A stretch of DNA of 47,226 nt from Firmicutes bacterium UBA993 (GCA_002292015.1 DBBD01000122.1:1-47226), one strand, 5' to 3'. Numbered from the stretch's first letter, positions 8,144-17,836 are shown. Notes: generated by a model from the letters alone, not told the origin. Numbers and translations are program-made.

Positions 8144-8993
8144 ATTTACCACTGGAACGACCTGTATTTTCGACATACAGTTTTTTAGCGTTTACATTTA
8201 CCTGGTCCAGATAAAAACCGGTTTGGTATTCAATCTCCTCTTTTAGCGTGTGCTGAAGATCTCGGAGCAGGCGATCGATGCGCTTGTCAGGAATCTTCTG
8301 CAGATCGATGGCGATGTTGAGTTGCATGTGTACCTTACCGTTGCTGGTTTCGATATTAGCATGTAAAACCTTGTGAACACCAAGTGTTTGCATGGCGATA
8401 TATTCGATAAGATCGAGAATCACATGCTCGGCAATAAAAAAACTGCCCAGGGTGCTGTAAATCGGCCGGATGACGGAGCGTTCCACGGGACTACCGGTAG
8501 TCGACTGGGGCAGACTAAAAAAAGAGCGAAGCGGATCGATGATGTAACCGGGAAACTCTTTCTTGACGGCAAAGGTTGGCAGTGGAATAACATGCCGGTT
8601 TTCCTCGGCCCGGATGGTTAAGGCTGTCTGGATCGATTTGGGATCAGAGATCTCCTCGATCGCAATATAACTAGCAGGGCGGTTAAGCTCCAGGTTCTGG
8701 GTTATGACGTCGGCCATCTTTCGTGAGGTGGATAGTATGAGCAGCTTATCAGGCTTGACCGCGGACAGTTTTTCCCTGACCTGGCGGGCATGTTCCGGTT
8801 CTTTAAAGATGGCCCGCTTAATCGCCCCGTAGCGAGTGTTTTCCCGCTTGGCGGAACGCCCGGCCAGGATGACGTTACCCTTGATCAACAGGCCGTCGTC
8901 GATAATATACTCAATGTCGTACCGTTGGGCTACCAATAGCGCTTGGTGGCTTTTACCTGTTCCGCTATGCCCGATTAGGGCGTAGATTTCCAC
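8133..8993 (-). CDS. uncharacterised fusion protein with an N-terminal HprK-like P-loop NTPase domain and a C-terminal Asp23/Gls24-like domain
   Basis: 286 aa with a GTG start behind GAGGTGA. The Walker A context 'LIGHSGTGKSHQALLVAQRYDIEYIIDDGLLI' resembles the HPr-kinase C-terminal domain (GxSGxGKS..A..L...G..L.aDD). The C-terminal ~110 aa ('FIAEHVILDLIEYIAMQTLGVHKV...VHMQLNIAI...LKEEIEYQTGFYLDQVNVNAKKL') follow the Asp23 (alkaline shock protein) pattern. Confidence 0.7.
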   Translation of the reverse strand: MEIYALIGHSGTGKSHQALLVAQRYDIEYIIDDGLLIKGNVILAGRSAKRENTRYGAIKRAIFKEPEHARQVREKLSAVKPDKLLILSTSRKMADVITQNLELNRPASYIAIEEISDPKSIQTALTIRAEENRHVIPLPTFAVKKEFPGYIIDPLRSFFSLPQSTTGSPVERSVIRPIYSTLGSFFIAEHVILDLIEYIAMQTLGVHKVLHANIETSNGKVHMQLNIAIDLQKIPDKRIDRLLRDLQHTLKEEIEYQTGFYLDQVNVNAKKLYVENTGRSSGKSTL

Positions 8994-9027
8994 CTAATCA
9001 CCTCGAAGAAGAATTTGTCAGGACTAC

Positions 9028-9057
9028 TTGCACTCGACTTTGAAACTGTTTTATTAT
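9028..9057 (+). promoter_or_regulatory. candidate SigA-type promoter for aroA
   Basis: TTGCAC (9028-9033), 18-nt spacer, TATTAT (9052-9057), in the divergent intergenic region. Confidence 0.35.
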
Positions 9058-9138
9058 TATAACACAATAGGGTCGACAGTCGGGTTCGGTTGCTGATGCC
9101 TTAAAGGTTTGTAAGTTATTGATGCAGGGGAGACAGCG

Positions 9139-10419
9139 ATGCAGATTATTATAGCGGCACCGAAGAAGCTAAAGGGCGCCTTAAGGGTTCCCGGTGATAA
9201 ATCGATCACCCACAGGGCATTGCTGATTGGCGCTTTGGCCGAGGGAGTAACCGAAGTGAAAGGTTTTCTTAAAGCAGAGGATTGTCGATCTACCATGGAA
9301 TGCCTGCGCTCGCTGGGGGTTATGATCACTGAGAGCGGTGAAAAGCTGCAAGTCAGGGGATGCAAGATGGATTTACAGGCAGCCGGGACCCCTTTGTATG
9401 CCGGGAATTCGGGAACAACAGCGCGTCTGCTGCTTGGCATTTTAGCTGGACAGCCATTTAAATCTACGGTTATCGGGGATCAATCGCTTAGCAAACGACC
9501 GATGAAAAGGGTCGTTGAACCTTTGCTGCAGATGGGGGCCGAGATCACTAGCGAAGGAGATCATCTGCCACTTACCATCCACGGCGGCCGCTTGCGTGCC
9601 CTTACCTACAATATGCCCCAGGCGAGCGCTCAGGTCAAGTCGGCTGTTTTACTGGCCGGATTATTCGCCACGGGCCAAACTGTCGTTATTGAACCAGCGG
9701 CAAGCAGAAATCATACCGAGCTGATGCTTAAGCTTTTCGGGGCGGAGATTGAGAGTGCTGAGTGCCGGGTTATGGTTAAAGGGCGGTCGGTTTTGAAAGG
9801 ATCCTCGATTCAGGTGCCTGGCGATATTTCGTCAGCTGCCTTTTATATGGTTGCTGCTGCGTTGATGCCCGGATCAGCAGTGTTGCTGAAAGGGGTGGGT
9901 GTCAACCCGACCCGTAGTGGGGTGATCGAGGTGCTGCAACGAATGGGGGCCGACCTGGAACTTAAGGATCAGCGAAACTGGGGTATGGAACCGGTAGCTG
10001 ACATCATGGTCCGCGGCGGCGCCCCGCTTAGCGGGGCAACTATAGCCGGCTCCATGATTCCCCGTTTGATCGACGAGCTGCCGGTGCTGGCTGTTGCAGC
10101 CACCGCGGCAAACGGGCGTACGGTAATTCGCGATGCCCGCGAACTGAGGGTGAAAGAGAGCGACCGTATCGCTGCTTTATGTAGTGAGCTGCGAAAACTG
10201 GGGGCGCAAATCAATGATACTGAAGACGGGATGATCATCGAGGGCGGCAGTCAGCTTAAAGGTGCCACGGTCGATTCGCATGGCGATCACCGCATTGCCA
10301 TGTCACTTGCCATTGCCGGTCTGACCGCCTCTGGCGATACCATTATTGACGGAGCTGAAGTGATTGCCATTTCTTACCCGCAATTTATGGCTGACCTTCG
10401 CTCCCTGACAGTTTTCTAA
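9139..10419 (+). CDS. aroA: 3-phosphoshikimate 1-carboxyvinyltransferase (EPSP synthase)
   Basis: 426 aa. It carries 'LRVPGDKSITHRALL', 'GNSGTTARLL', 'LRVKESDRI' and 'DHRIAMS'. Confidence 0.95.
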   Translation: MQIIIAAPKKLKGALRVPGDKSITHRALLIGALAEGVTEVKGFLKAEDCRSTMECLRSLGVMITESGEKLQVRGCKMDLQAAGTPLYAGNSGTTARLLLGILAGQPFKSTVIGDQSLSKRPMKRVVEPLLQMGAEITSEGDHLPLTIHGGRLRALTYNMPQASAQVKSAVLLAGLFATGQTVVIEPAASRNHTELMLKLFGAEIESAECRVMVKGRSVLKGSSIQVPGDISSAAFYMVAAALMPGSAVLLKGVGVNPTRSGVIEVLQRMGADLELKDQRNWGMEPVADIMVRGGAPLSGATIAGSMIPRLIDELPVLAVAATAANGRTVIRDARELRVKESDRIAALCSELRKLGAQINDTEDGMIIEGGSQLKGATVDSHGDHRIAMSLAIAGLTASGDTIIDGAEVIAISYPQFMADLRSLTVF

Positions 10420-10443
10420 CAGCGGCGACCGTTTTTGTACAAA

Positions 10444-10472
10444 TTGACGATGCTGACCTATCATGTTAATAT
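10444..10472 (+). promoter_or_regulatory. candidate SigA-type promoter for the hisD-led array
   Basis: TTGACG (10444-10449), 17-nt spacer, TAATAT (10467-10472), about 75 nt upstream of the hisD ATG. Confidence 0.45.
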
Positions 10473-10546
10473 ATGGTTGTAATTTCCAGCAATCGTCTTC
10501 TCGTTATTTTGCACTTTAATTTCCATATTTGGGAAGGAGGGAAAAG

Positions 10547-11836
10547 ATGCCAATTTCCATCTGTTCATCTTCACAATATCTTGAGCAGCGTGTTGAAACA
10601 GAGTATGATTTTCCTGCTGCTGAAATGATGCAGGCACGGGAGATAATCTGTGCTGTAAGAGAGAGCGGTGACAAAGCTTTGATCGACTTCACTCGTCAAT
10701 TTGACGGAGCCAAACTTGATGCCCTGCAAGTCAGCAGGGAAGAGCTTGCCGAGGCCCATCAAAAAGTTAAGCCTGACCTGCTATCGGCTTTACGGTCGGC
10801 AGCCGCAAATATTGATGCATTTCACCGGCGTCAGATCCGGACAGACTGGTTCGCAGAAGAAGGGCATTTTAAAGTCGGTCAGCGGTATCTGCCACTTAAC
10901 AGGGTTGGCGCTTATGTGCCTGGCGGTACTGCTGCTTATCCTTCATCGGTTTTGATGACAGTGATCCCGGCACGGGTTGCAGGCGTCAAAGAGATTTATA
11001 TCTGTACCCCTCCGGATCAAGATGGAAATATAAACCAGTTAACTTTAGCTGCAGCCTGCGAGGCAGGCGCCACGGCGGTTTTTAAGATTGGCGGAGCCCA
11101 GGCGATCGCCGCTTTGGCTTATGGTACGGAAACAGTGCCCCGTGTGGATAAAATAGTAGGGCCCGGTAATATTTATGTTACCCTGGCCAAAAAGGAGCTT
11201 TTCGGAGCGGTTGGTATTGATATGTTGGCCGGACCGAGCGAAATTGTGATAGTGGCCGATGATCAGGCGTGCGCTTCTTATATTGCCGCCGACCTGCTGT
11301 CACAGGCGGAGCATGATCCACTGGCTAAGCCGATCCTAATTACCGGATCTGAAAGCCTGGTTTACCGGGTGATTGATGAGCTCGAAGAGCAGCTGTTGTC
11401 GCTGCCGCGCCGCGAAGTTGCTGGTCGCTCCTTAAAAAAACAGGGTGTAGCAATTATCGTGTCTGACTTAGAAGAAGCCTGGCCACTAGTCAACAGAATC
11501 GCCCCGGAGCACCTCGAACTACATATCGGCAATGCGTGGAACTATCTGGAACGGATCACCTGTGCGGGAACGGTTTTTATTGGCCCCTTTAGCCCGGAGC
11601 CATTAGGCGATTATTGGGCCGGGTTAAACCACGTGTTACCTACCGGTGGAGCAGCCCGCTATGCGTCAGCACTGGGCGTAGATGATTTTATTAAAAGATC
11701 GCAGGTGATTTTCTGCAAGGATGAAGGGTTGAGAAAATCTGCCGCTCAAATAGCTGCGCTGGCCCGGGCCGAGGGCTTGGAAGCCCACGCCAGGGCGGTG
11801 CTGATAAGGGGGAAACAGGATGAAGCGCCGCAATAG
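10547..11836 (+). CDS. hisD: histidinol dehydrogenase
   Basis: It carries 'LLSQAEHDP', 'GDYWAGLNHVLPTGGAARY' and 'AHARAV'. I chose ATG 10547 because GGAAGGAGGG lies just upstream; the ORF track opens at TTG 10529. Confidence 0.95.
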   Translation: MPISICSSSQYLEQRVETEYDFPAAEMMQAREIICAVRESGDKALIDFTRQFDGAKLDALQVSREELAEAHQKVKPDLLSALRSAAANIDAFHRRQIRTDWFAEEGHFKVGQRYLPLNRVGAYVPGGTAAYPSSVLMTVIPARVAGVKEIYICTPPDQDGNINQLTLAAACEAGATAVFKIGGAQAIAALAYGTETVPRVDKIVGPGNIYVTLAKKELFGAVGIDMLAGPSEIVIVADDQACASYIAADLLSQAEHDPLAKPILITGSESLVYRVIDELEEQLLSLPRREVAGRSLKKQGVAIIVSDLEEAWPLVNRIAPEHLELHIGNAWNYLERITCAGTVFIGPFSPEPLGDYWAGLNHVLPTGGAARYASALGVDDFIKRSQVIFCKDEGLRKSAAQIAALARAEGLEAHARAVLIRGKQDEAPQ

Positions 11837-12410
11837 AGTTGAAAGGGAGACCACGGAAACGAAAATAGTTTTGGATCTGGTAATCGATGGGAGCGGAACG
11901 GGTACGATCAGCACGGGGCTGCCCTTTATGGAACACATGCTGAACCTGTTTTGCCGTCATGGCCGTTTTGACTTAAGGCTTGATGCCACGGGCGATATTG
12001 AAGTAGATACCCACCACCTGGTTGAAGACCTGGGCATCTGTCTTGGGCGGGCGCTCAAAGAGGCGCTAGGCGGTAAGGAAGGTATCGAACGCTACGGTTT
12101 TAGTGTTGTGCCGATGGATGAAACTTTGGTTACCGCAGCTGTTGATCTTTCTGGTCGTTCCTGGTTGCATTATGGGGTTGGCTTGCCCCCCGGTGCGGTT
12201 GGCGGAATCGACGGGGAAATGTTTCGCGAGTTCTGGCAGGCTTTTGTTAACGAAGGCAGGCTAAGCCTGCACTTGGTACTGAACCATGGCTCAAATAAGC
12301 ATCACATTATCGAGGCAACCTTTAAAGCGGCAGCGCGGGCTATTGCTGGAGCCGCTTCCAGGCTGGAAGGTTTGGACGGCGTACTATCCACCAAGGGTGA
12401 ACTGGAATGA
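11820..12410 (+). CDS. hisB: imidazoleglycerol-phosphate dehydratase
   Basis: 196 aa. It carries 'RETTETKI', 'DTHHLVEDLGI' and 'GSNKHHIIEATFKA'. It overlaps the hisD end by 17 nt. Confidence 0.93.
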   Translation: MKRRNRVERETTETKIVLDLVIDGSGTGTISTGLPFMEHMLNLFCRHGRFDLRLDATGDIEVDTHHLVEDLGICLGRALKEALGGKEGIERYGFSVVPMDETLVTAAVDLSGRSWLHYGVGLPPGAVGGIDGEMFREFWQAFVNEGRLSLHLVLNHGSNKHHIIEATFKAAARAIAGAASRLEGLDGVLSTKGELE

Positions 12411-12411
12411 G

Positions 12412-13140
12412 GTGAAGGGCGTGCTGGTTATACCGGCCATTGATCTGCATCGCGGATTTTGTGTGAGACTCTACCAGGGCGATCCCGAGCGGGAAACTGT
12501 TTACAGTGATAATCCGGTAGAAGTGGCTCAGCAGTGGGAACAGCTTGGAGCAAAAATGCTGCACCTGGTCGATCTGGACGGCGCTTTTACCGGCCTGACT
12601 AAGAATGCGGAAATTATTAGGGCAGTTGGCGAATCAGTGCACGTTCCGCTTCAGCTTGGCGGTGGAATTCGCACGAAAGAGGTTGCAGAGAAGGCATTTT
12701 CCGTTGGTATCAGCAGGATCATCTTAGGAACGATGGCTGTTGAAGATCCTTGGCTAGCTTGCGAGCTGGTGGCTGAACATAACGAGGCAATCCTGATCGG
12801 TATTGATGCTCGTGACGGCAAAGTGGCTGTCAAAGGGTGGAAAGAGTCATCAGCATTAAGCGTGTTGGAGCTTGCCGGTCGGATTGAAGAGTGGGGTGTA
12901 AAAGAGGTTGTTTATACTGATATAAGCCGCGACGGCACCCTGAGAGGCCCGGATCTTGATGGTTTAAAAGCAATAATAGCGCATACTTCCCTGCAAATTA
13001 TCGTTTCCGGGGGGATATCTTCGCTGAGCGATCTGGTTGCCCTTCAGCCATTCAGAGAGCGAATTAAGGGCGTGATTATCGGCAAAGCTCTTTATTCAAA
13101 CCAGTTTACTCTGCCTGATGCTATGGCAGCAGTTGAGTAA
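12412..13140 (+). CDS. hisA: 1-(5-phosphoribosyl)-5-[(5-phosphoribosylamino)methylideneamino]imidazole-4-carboxamide isomerase
   Basis: It carries 'VIPAIDLHRGFCVRLYQGD', 'LHLVDLDGA' and 'QLGGGIR'. The ORF track starts at 12286 inside hisB. GTG 12412 (or GTG 12421), right after the hisB stop, gives the normal ~242-aa length. Confidence 0.88.
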   Translation: MKGVLVIPAIDLHRGFCVRLYQGDPERETVYSDNPVEVAQQWEQLGAKMLHLVDLDGAFTGLTKNAEIIRAVGESVHVPLQLGGGIRTKEVAEKAFSVGISRIILGTMAVEDPWLACELVAEHNEAILIGIDARDGKVAVKGWKESSALSVLELAGRIEEWGVKEVVYTDISRDGTLRGPDLDGLKAIIAHTSLQIIVSGGISSLSDLVALQPFRERIKGVIIGKALYSNQFTLPDAMAAVE

Positions 13141-13167
13141 TTATAGAAAGGTATAATAAGGTGTAAT

Positions 13168-13548
13168 ATGGATAACGTAAACAACAATGAGTCAGCAATA
13201 CTGAAGAGCAGTGATTTAAAATACGATCAAAACGGTTTGATCCCGGCAATTATTCAGGACGATCGCACCTCTAGCGTTCTAATGCTCGGTTACATGAACG
13301 AAGAATCGCTGAATCGAACCATGGAGAGCAAAAAGGTTTGCTTTTGGAGTCGCAGCCGTCGGGAATACTGGGTGAAGGGCGAAACATCAGGCAATTTTTT
13401 CGTTCTAAAATCAATTACTACCGACTGTGATGCTGATGCCCTCCTGCTCAGGGTCACGCTGCTCGGTGGTGGTGTGGCTTGCCATACCGGTCGCTATTCC
13501 TGCTTTTTTCAGAAGCTTTCCGAGATGAAAGAAAAGACCGATGATTGA
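13168..13548 (+). CDS. hisI: phosphoribosyl-AMP cyclohydrolase (monofunctional HisI, no HisE domain)
   Basis: 126 aa. It carries 'LIPAIIQD', 'FWSRSRREYWVKGETSGN', 'DCDADALL' and 'ACHTGRYSCFF'. Confidence 0.9.
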   Translation: MDNVNNNESAILKSSDLKYDQNGLIPAIIQDDRTSSVLMLGYMNEESLNRTMESKKVCFWSRSRREYWVKGETSGNFFVLKSITTDCDADALLLRVTLLGGGVACHTGRYSCFFQKLSEMKEKTDD

Positions 13549-14338
13549 CTACCACTTACATACCAACCGCTGCTGCCACGCAGTGGGAACCCCCGCAGAG
13601 TATCTTGTCACAGCTGAAAAGTACGGTTTACAGGAGATCGGTTTTGCCGATCATTTTCCACTGGGCTTGCTCGACTACACTCCGCGGGTTCAGGTAACGA
13701 TGCTGTCCGGTGAACTTGACGTCTATTTGGAAGAGATAGAAAAGCTTAAAGCTGCTTCACGAAAAGTGCGCGTCAAAACCGGAATAGAGATCGATTACCT
13801 GCCCGGAACAGAGGAAAAACTGGATAAGCTTCTCGCCGAGTACAACTTCGATTATGTGATCGGTTCCATTCATTTTCTAGACGGATGGGATTTTACCCAT
13901 CCCGTATATGCTGATACCTACCGGGAACGTGATCTGGATGCGCTCTATGATACTTACTTCGAGCTGGTCTGGAGCGCCTGCCGCAGCGGCTTTTTTGACA
14001 TTATCGGGCACATTGACATGATTAAAAAATTCGGTTACCGCCCCCGTGGCTCAATCGACCACTATCTGCAGGAAACAGCCAGGGTGCTGGCTGAAACGAA
14101 GACCAGTTTTGAACTTAATACTGCCGGTCGCGATGCCCCGGTAGGAGAATTCTACCCCGACAGGCGCCTTCTGGAAGAGGCTCTGGCGCTGGGTGTTACT
14201 ATTACTACCGGCTCTGATGCCCACGGGCCGGAGCAGGTTGGGCGTTATTTCCTTGAGGCCGAAAAGCTATTGCGGGAAGTTGGCTACAGGGAGCTGGCCT
14301 CATTTACAAAACGCAGCAAAAATTTGATCCCTTTCTAA
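13541..14338 (+). CDS. hisJ: histidinol-phosphatase, PHP family
   Basis: 265 aa. The PHP motifs 'IDYHLHT', 'GSIHF', 'IGHID' and 'GSDAH' are present. It overlaps the hisI end by 8 nt. Confidence 0.85.
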   Translation: MIDYHLHTNRCCHAVGTPAEYLVTAEKYGLQEIGFADHFPLGLLDYTPRVQVTMLSGELDVYLEEIEKLKAASRKVRVKTGIEIDYLPGTEEKLDKLLAEYNFDYVIGSIHFLDGWDFTHPVYADTYRERDLDALYDTYFELVWSACRSGFFDIIGHIDMIKKFGYRPRGSIDHYLQETARVLAETKTSFELNTAGRDAPVGEFYPDRRLLEEALALGVTITTGSDAHGPEQVGRYFLEAEKLLREVGYRELASFTKRSKNLIPF

Positions 14339-14353
14339 AGAATCAGAAGGAGG

Positions 14354-14836
14354 GTGTTGCTGGTGAAAAAGTTGTTTGCAAGCCGCATCGATACAATTAA
14401 AGGAGATTTTATAGTTTTATGGAGCGAGGAAGGGATCTTTGAGCTTTTTTTCCCCGGCGCAGGACCCGTGAAAGCTTACCCGGCAAAGGATCCGCCCTGG
14501 CCGCAGTTGGCCGCCGACCTAGACCGCTACCTGGCCGGAGGGCCGGTAACCTGGGTTGGTTACCCGCTGGATTGCAGCGGTTATGGGGAATTTTCCGGGC
14601 GTATCTTAGCGGAAGTAAGCCGTATTCCCTACGGCCAGGTTTTTACCTACCGGCAGATGGCTGAAAGGGCAGGCTCGCCCCTGGCTTGGCGGGCAGCCGG
14701 ACAGGCACTGGCAAGTAACCGGCACCCGCTCATCGTTCCCTGCCACCGGGTTGTGGGCAGTAATGGTAAAATAGGCGGTTTCAGTGGACCCGCCGGTTGG
14801 AAAGAGATGTTGCTAAAACTCGAAGGGGCCGTTTAA
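14354..14836 (+). CDS. ogt: methylated-DNA--protein-cysteine methyltransferase
   Basis: The active-site motif 'IVPCHRVVGSNGKIGGF' is preceded by 'IPYGQVFTYRQMA'. The start may instead be GTG 14363, which is 9 nt after GGAGG. Confidence 0.88.
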   Translation: MLLVKKLFASRIDTIKGDFIVLWSEEGIFELFFPGAGPVKAYPAKDPPWPQLAADLDRYLAGGPVTWVGYPLDCSGYGEFSGRILAEVSRIPYGQVFTYRQMAERAGSPLAWRAAGQALASNRHPLIVPCHRVVGSNGKIGGFSGPAGWKEMLLKLEGAV

Positions 14837-14858
14837 GGATAGAAAACGGGGTGAGGTG

Positions 14859-16019
14859 ATGCGCTACCTATCTGCGGGGGAATCACATGGGCCATGCCTG
14901 ACGGTCATAATCGAAGGCTTGCCGGCAGGCCTTAAACTTTATACAAAAGATATCAACCGCCAGCTTGAAAGGCGTCAGGCCGGTTATGGTCGTGGTGCCC
15001 GGATGGCTATCGAAAAGGACAGGGTTGAGGTCCGATCAGGCCTTCGCTTCAATGAAACGATCGGCAGCCCACTGACCCTGCAGATCAGGAACCGGGATTG
15101 GGTGAACTGGCAGGAGGTTATGGCGTCGGAAGGAAGGAAACCGCCCACTTTAAAGAAGTTAACCCGTCCCCGCCCGGGACACGCTGATCTTGCTGCGGGC
15201 TTGAAATATAATTATGACGATCTGCGATTGGCCCTTGAACGATCCAGCGCCCGGGAAACTGCAATTAGGGTGGCAGTTGGCACGGTTGGACGCGTTTTAT
15301 TGAAACAGTTCGGGGTCAGGTTTTACAGTCACGTGACCCGCATCGGTGATGTGACTGCAGCAGTAGACCAGCTTGCCTTGCCTGAACTGCATGACACAAT
15401 AGAAAAATCACCGGTTCGCTGTGCCGATCAGGCTGCTTCTGAGAGGATGGTCGCTGCTATTAAACAAGCAGGCGATGCCGGGGACAGCTTAGGTGGTGTG
15501 ATTGAGCTTCTGGTTACCGCCATTCCTCCCGGACTTGGCAGCCATGTGCAGTGGGACCGGCGTCTTGACGGCCAGCTGGCCCAAGCGGTTATGGCGGTGC
15601 CGGCGATCAAGGGTGTCGAAATTGGACTCGGTTTTTCTGCAGCGGCTATGCCCGGATCTGCGGTACACGACCCGATCACCAGGAGCGCCAGGGGCATTAA
15701 CCGCTCCTCCAACCGGGCCGGCGGGCTGGAAGGCGGTATAACTAACGGCCAGCCGCTGCTGATCAGGGCAGCAATGAAACCGATCCCCACATTAGTTAGG
15801 GCCCTGCCCAGCGTGGATTGGGAGAGCGGTGAGGTTTCACGCGCAGAGGTGGAGCGGTCGGATGTTTGCGCCGTACCAGCGGCGGCGGTAGTGCTGGAAG
15901 CGGTTATTGCCTGGACTTTGGCGGTCGCATTCCGGGAGAAGTTTGCCGGCGATTCAATGGATGAAGTAGAAAATGCCTATCACTATTATATGGAACAAGT
16001 TAAACAGCGTCTGAGTTAA
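14859..16019 (+). CDS. aroC: chorismate synthase
   Basis: 'MRYLSAGESHGP' is the canonical N-terminus, and 'RPRPGHADL' and 'RSSARETA' are present. The ATG is the second codon of the tracked ORF. Confidence 0.95.
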   Translation: MRYLSAGESHGPCLTVIIEGLPAGLKLYTKDINRQLERRQAGYGRGARMAIEKDRVEVRSGLRFNETIGSPLTLQIRNRDWVNWQEVMASEGRKPPTLKKLTRPRPGHADLAAGLKYNYDDLRLALERSSARETAIRVAVGTVGRVLLKQFGVRFYSHVTRIGDVTAAVDQLALPELHDTIEKSPVRCADQAASERMVAAIKQAGDAGDSLGGVIELLVTAIPPGLGSHVQWDRRLDGQLAQAVMAVPAIKGVEIGLGFSAAAMPGSAVHDPITRSARGINRSSNRAGGLEGGITNGQPLLIRAAMKPIPTLVRALPSVDWESGEVSRAEVERSDVCAVPAAAVVLEAVIAWTLAVAFREKFAGDSMDEVENAYHYYMEQVKQRLS

Positions 16020-16051
16020 ATGAAGGTTATAAATGAAGGTGGTTTGCGGAA

Positions 16052-17140
16052 GTGCAGGAGATTAATGTCAAGGCGGCTAACTTCACCTACCGGGTAGTGA
16101 TTGAACCAGGCGGCATCGCCAGGCTGGGCAGGGATCTGCGTCTGCTCCTCCCACCCGCTAAAACCCTGCTGGTCAGCGATACATCTGTCTATGAGCTATA
16201 TGGAGAAATAGTTGAAAAGAAGCTGCGCGATGAAGGTTGGCAGGTATCCGTGGCCCTGGTTAAGCCGGGTGAAAAGGCTAAAAGCCTGGTAAACGCTGCC
16301 CGGCTCTACGATCAGGCAATCAGGGACGGACTTGACCGCAACTCACCACTGATTGCTTTAGGCGGTGGGGTGGTTGGGGATCTGGCTGGTTTTGTTGCCG
16401 CCACCTACCTGCGGGGTGTACCCCTGGTGATGGTGCCAACGACCCTATTGTCCCAGGTTGACAGCAGCGTGGGAGGCAAGGTAGCAGTTAACCATCCCCG
16501 CGGTAAAAACCTGATTGGCTCCATTTACCCCCCCAGGTTGGTGTTAATCGACCCGGTGTTTTTAATGACGCTGTCGAAGCGCCAGCTGAAAGCCGGGCTG
16601 GCCGAGGTTCTAAAATATGGGATTATCAGTGATTACCAATTTTTCGACTGGTTGGAATTAAACATGGATCAGCTGCTCCGGTTTAACCTGGTACTGCTGA
16701 CCGATGCTGTAGCTGCTTCGGTGCGTAACAAGGCCAAGGTGGTGGAGGCTGATGAGTATGAAAAGGATTACCGGCGCATACTCAATTTTGGCCATACCAT
16801 CGGTCATGCCCTGGAAGCGGCAACTGCTTACCGGCATTACCTGCATGGAGAAGCGGTTTTGAGCGGCATGTATGCGGCGGTTGACCTGGCCATAAAAATG
16901 AAAGTACTAAGCACAGAAGACGCCGGGAGGATAGACAGATTATTGCGGCAGATTGGCCGGAGAAAAGCTCCGGCCGACTTGACCGCAGAAGCGGTAATCG
17001 ATAAACTAAGGCAGGATAAAAAACGACTTGCGGGCGAGATTTTTTTTGTTCTGCCTAAAACAATAGGGTCGGCCACGATTGTCGCGATCAGTGATCGCGA
17101 TTTGATCTGCGAAGCGGTGAAGACCGTTTTGGGTAAGTAG
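16052..17140 (+). CDS. aroB: 3-dehydroquinate synthase
   Basis: 362 aa. It carries 'GGGVVGDLAGFVAATYLRG', 'DSSVGGKVAVN' and 'NFGHTIGHALE'. Confidence 0.93.
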   Translation: MQEINVKAANFTYRVVIEPGGIARLGRDLRLLLPPAKTLLVSDTSVYELYGEIVEKKLRDEGWQVSVALVKPGEKAKSLVNAARLYDQAIRDGLDRNSPLIALGGGVVGDLAGFVAATYLRGVPLVMVPTTLLSQVDSSVGGKVAVNHPRGKNLIGSIYPPRLVLIDPVFLMTLSKRQLKAGLAEVLKYGIISDYQFFDWLELNMDQLLRFNLVLLTDAVAASVRNKAKVVEADEYEKDYRRILNFGHTIGHALEAATAYRHYLHGEAVLSGMYAAVDLAIKMKVLSTEDAGRIDRLLRQIGRRKAPADLTAEAVIDKLRQDKKRLAGEIFFVLPKTIGSATIVAISDRDLICEAVKTVLGK

Positions 17141-17149
17141 GAGGCAGGA

Positions 17150-17824
17150 GTGAACACGGTGAAAACGATTTTTTTAAAGGATATCCAGGATAACATCCAG
17201 GTGAAGACTTTGATTCAGAAAGCTGACGATAACCTGGGCACCCTGGGTTATACTGAACACGGGTTTCGCCACTGCCGCCTGACCGGCAATGCAGCCCGCC
17301 GTTTATTGCTGGAGCTGGGGGTTGACCAGAGAGAAGCTGAGCTGGCCGGTATTGCCGGCTACCTGCATGACATCGGCAATGTCATGGGCAGGCGCGAACA
17401 CGATGTTGCCGGCGGGATCATAGCTCTGCAGATCCTGCAGGAGATGGGTATGCCGCTGACTGAGGCGGCTGATGTCGCGGCTGCTATCGGTAACCATGAT
17501 GAAGAGGAAGGCAGAGTAGTCAACAGGATCACAGCAGCCCTAATTCTTGCTGATAAGTCTGATGTGCATCGCAGTAGGGTCCGTAATCGCGACAGATCCA
17601 CTTTTGATATCCACGACCGGGTTAATTATGCGGTAGAAGAATCACGGCTGAACATTTGTCCGGATCAGAAAACAATCAGTCTCGACCTGAGAATCGATAA
17701 ATCAATCAGCCAGGTTATGGAGTATTTTGAGATATTTCTGTCAAGGATGATTATGTGCCGCAGAGCGGCTTCGTTCCTGGAGACCCGCTTTGCCCTGAAA
17801 ATAAACGAAGTTGACCTGTTGTAA
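17150..17824 (+). CDS. HD-domain phosphohydrolase, specific function unknown
   Basis: 224 aa. 'HGFRHC' followed by 'GYLHDIGN' and 'GNHDEE' gives an H..HD..D metal site. Confidence 0.75.
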   Translation: MNTVKTIFLKDIQDNIQVKTLIQKADDNLGTLGYTEHGFRHCRLTGNAARRLLLELGVDQREAELAGIAGYLHDIGNVMGRREHDVAGGIIALQILQEMGMPLTEAADVAAAIGNHDEEEGRVVNRITAALILADKSDVHRSRVRNRDRSTFDIHDRVNYAVEESRLNICPDQKTISLDLRIDKSISQVMEYFEIFLSRMIMCRRAASFLETRFALKINEVDLL

Positions 17825-17836
17825 CTGTCGAAACGA

